Shown piece after piece: positions 31,715 to 32,000 of a DNA stretch of 32,000 nt (position 1 is its first letter; each line of letters starts with the position of its first letter). Both the position numbers and the translations under genes were made by a program. The notes beneath the pieces are model-generated. The model worked only from the letters and a program-made list of their open reading frames with translations. It was not told where the DNA came from and did not search any database. The DNA lies in contig NC_010296.1 in assembly GCF_000010625.1 (NCBI RefSeq), positions 2,310,001 through 2,342,000 on the forward strand, given 5' to 3'. This stretch comes from Microcystis aeruginosa NIES-843. GTDB taxonomy: Bacteria; Cyanobacteriota; Cyanobacteriia; Cyanobacteriales; Microcystaceae.

Positions 31715-32000
31715 ATGACCCGCCAAATTCACGACCAATTTGCCAAGGAATATTTAGAGGAACTGTTAGCGCCTCTAGGAACCATAAAAAAGAGTAAGAA
31801 AGTGAAAAGTGAGGTTCAAGAAATAGATGTCTGGTTTGAACCGGCCAGTTCACCATTAAGGACCGAACTCCCTTTAGGTTTACTCGGAAAAATGGCGGCG
31901 ACTTCCTGTTTGTTTGAACCTTTCCGTAACCCGCCCTCAGAAATAGAGATTCGCAGTTGTATATCAAAGTTATATACTGTTCATAATGACCTGTTAAGAA
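31715..32000 (+). CDS. Distant paralog of the array family (3' end outside window), missing from the ORF track
   Basis: ATG at 31715 is open to the window end: MTRQIHDQFAKEYLEELLAPLGTIKKSKKVKSEVQEIDVWFEPASS...LGLLGKMAATSCLFEPFRNPPSEIEIRSCISKL. It is colinear with MKPHDQFAKNYLEQLLSPLG...RQIDLFFSP...LIEPYRNPPNRSEIRNCLAKL. Confidence 0.8.
   Translation, partial: MTRQIHDQFAKEYLEELLAPLGTIKKSKKVKSEVQEIDVWFEPASSPLRTELPLGLLGKMAATSCLFEPFRNPPSEIEIRSCISKLYTVHNDLLR

Noticed and set aside
31656-31967. 103-aa - strand ORF
   Set aside because: It is antisense to the + strand gene starting at 31715, which has clear family similarity to the array paralogs.
1-32000. CRISPR arrays, tRNA and rRNA genes
   Set aside because: All tandem repeats have 7-12-nt units without unique spacers, so they are microsatellites rather than CRISPR arrays. 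No cloverleaf-compatible sequence was seen: the GGATCGAACC at ~30201 sits inside the G6/C6 element and lacks acceptor and anticodon arms. No rRNA-like stretches were found.

Overview
Cyanobacterial chromosome segment, judged from HIP1 GCGATCGC palindromes, ycf51, a hetZ-related gene and Microcystis-style heptamer/octamer microsatellites. The left 9.3 kb is accessory DNA dominated by a head-to-tail array of at least six near-identical ~0.86-kb genes, with one distant paralog at the right window edge. They encode an uncharacterised protein that is possibly an Rpn/YhgA-like PD-(D/E)XK nuclease. Successive genes overlap by ATGA and differ mainly in an in-frame 12-nt repeat linker. One copy is split by an IS630-family element with a TA duplication. 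The array is also interrupted by an IS1634-like element (13-bp IRs, ATTTAA duplication), a small toxin/immunity-like gene pair, and a secreted Cys-rich protein gene with a G10 tract just after its start. Removing the IS1634-like element in silico puts the toxin-like pair 70 nt downstream of array copy 3. The remaining ~22 kb is mostly housekeeping: alaS, dnaB with a 142-aa mini-intein, a GT39-like membrane glycosyltransferase, a GHL10 hydrolase, cobM, tspO, SUI1/yciH, an FeS-type (6-4) photolyase-like gene, a hetZ-related gene, an Fe-ADH, ycf51, mntP and a LivM-like permease. queE and queC are separated by a small-protein plus DTGF retropepsin-like protease pair. There are also BrnT/BrnA and HigB/truncated-HigA toxin-antitoxin loci. 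Four intergenic regions carry compound, G-quadruplex-prone microsatellite blocks with a shared modular syntax, and three of them begin exactly at stop codons. No rRNA, tRNA or CRISPR array was recognised.
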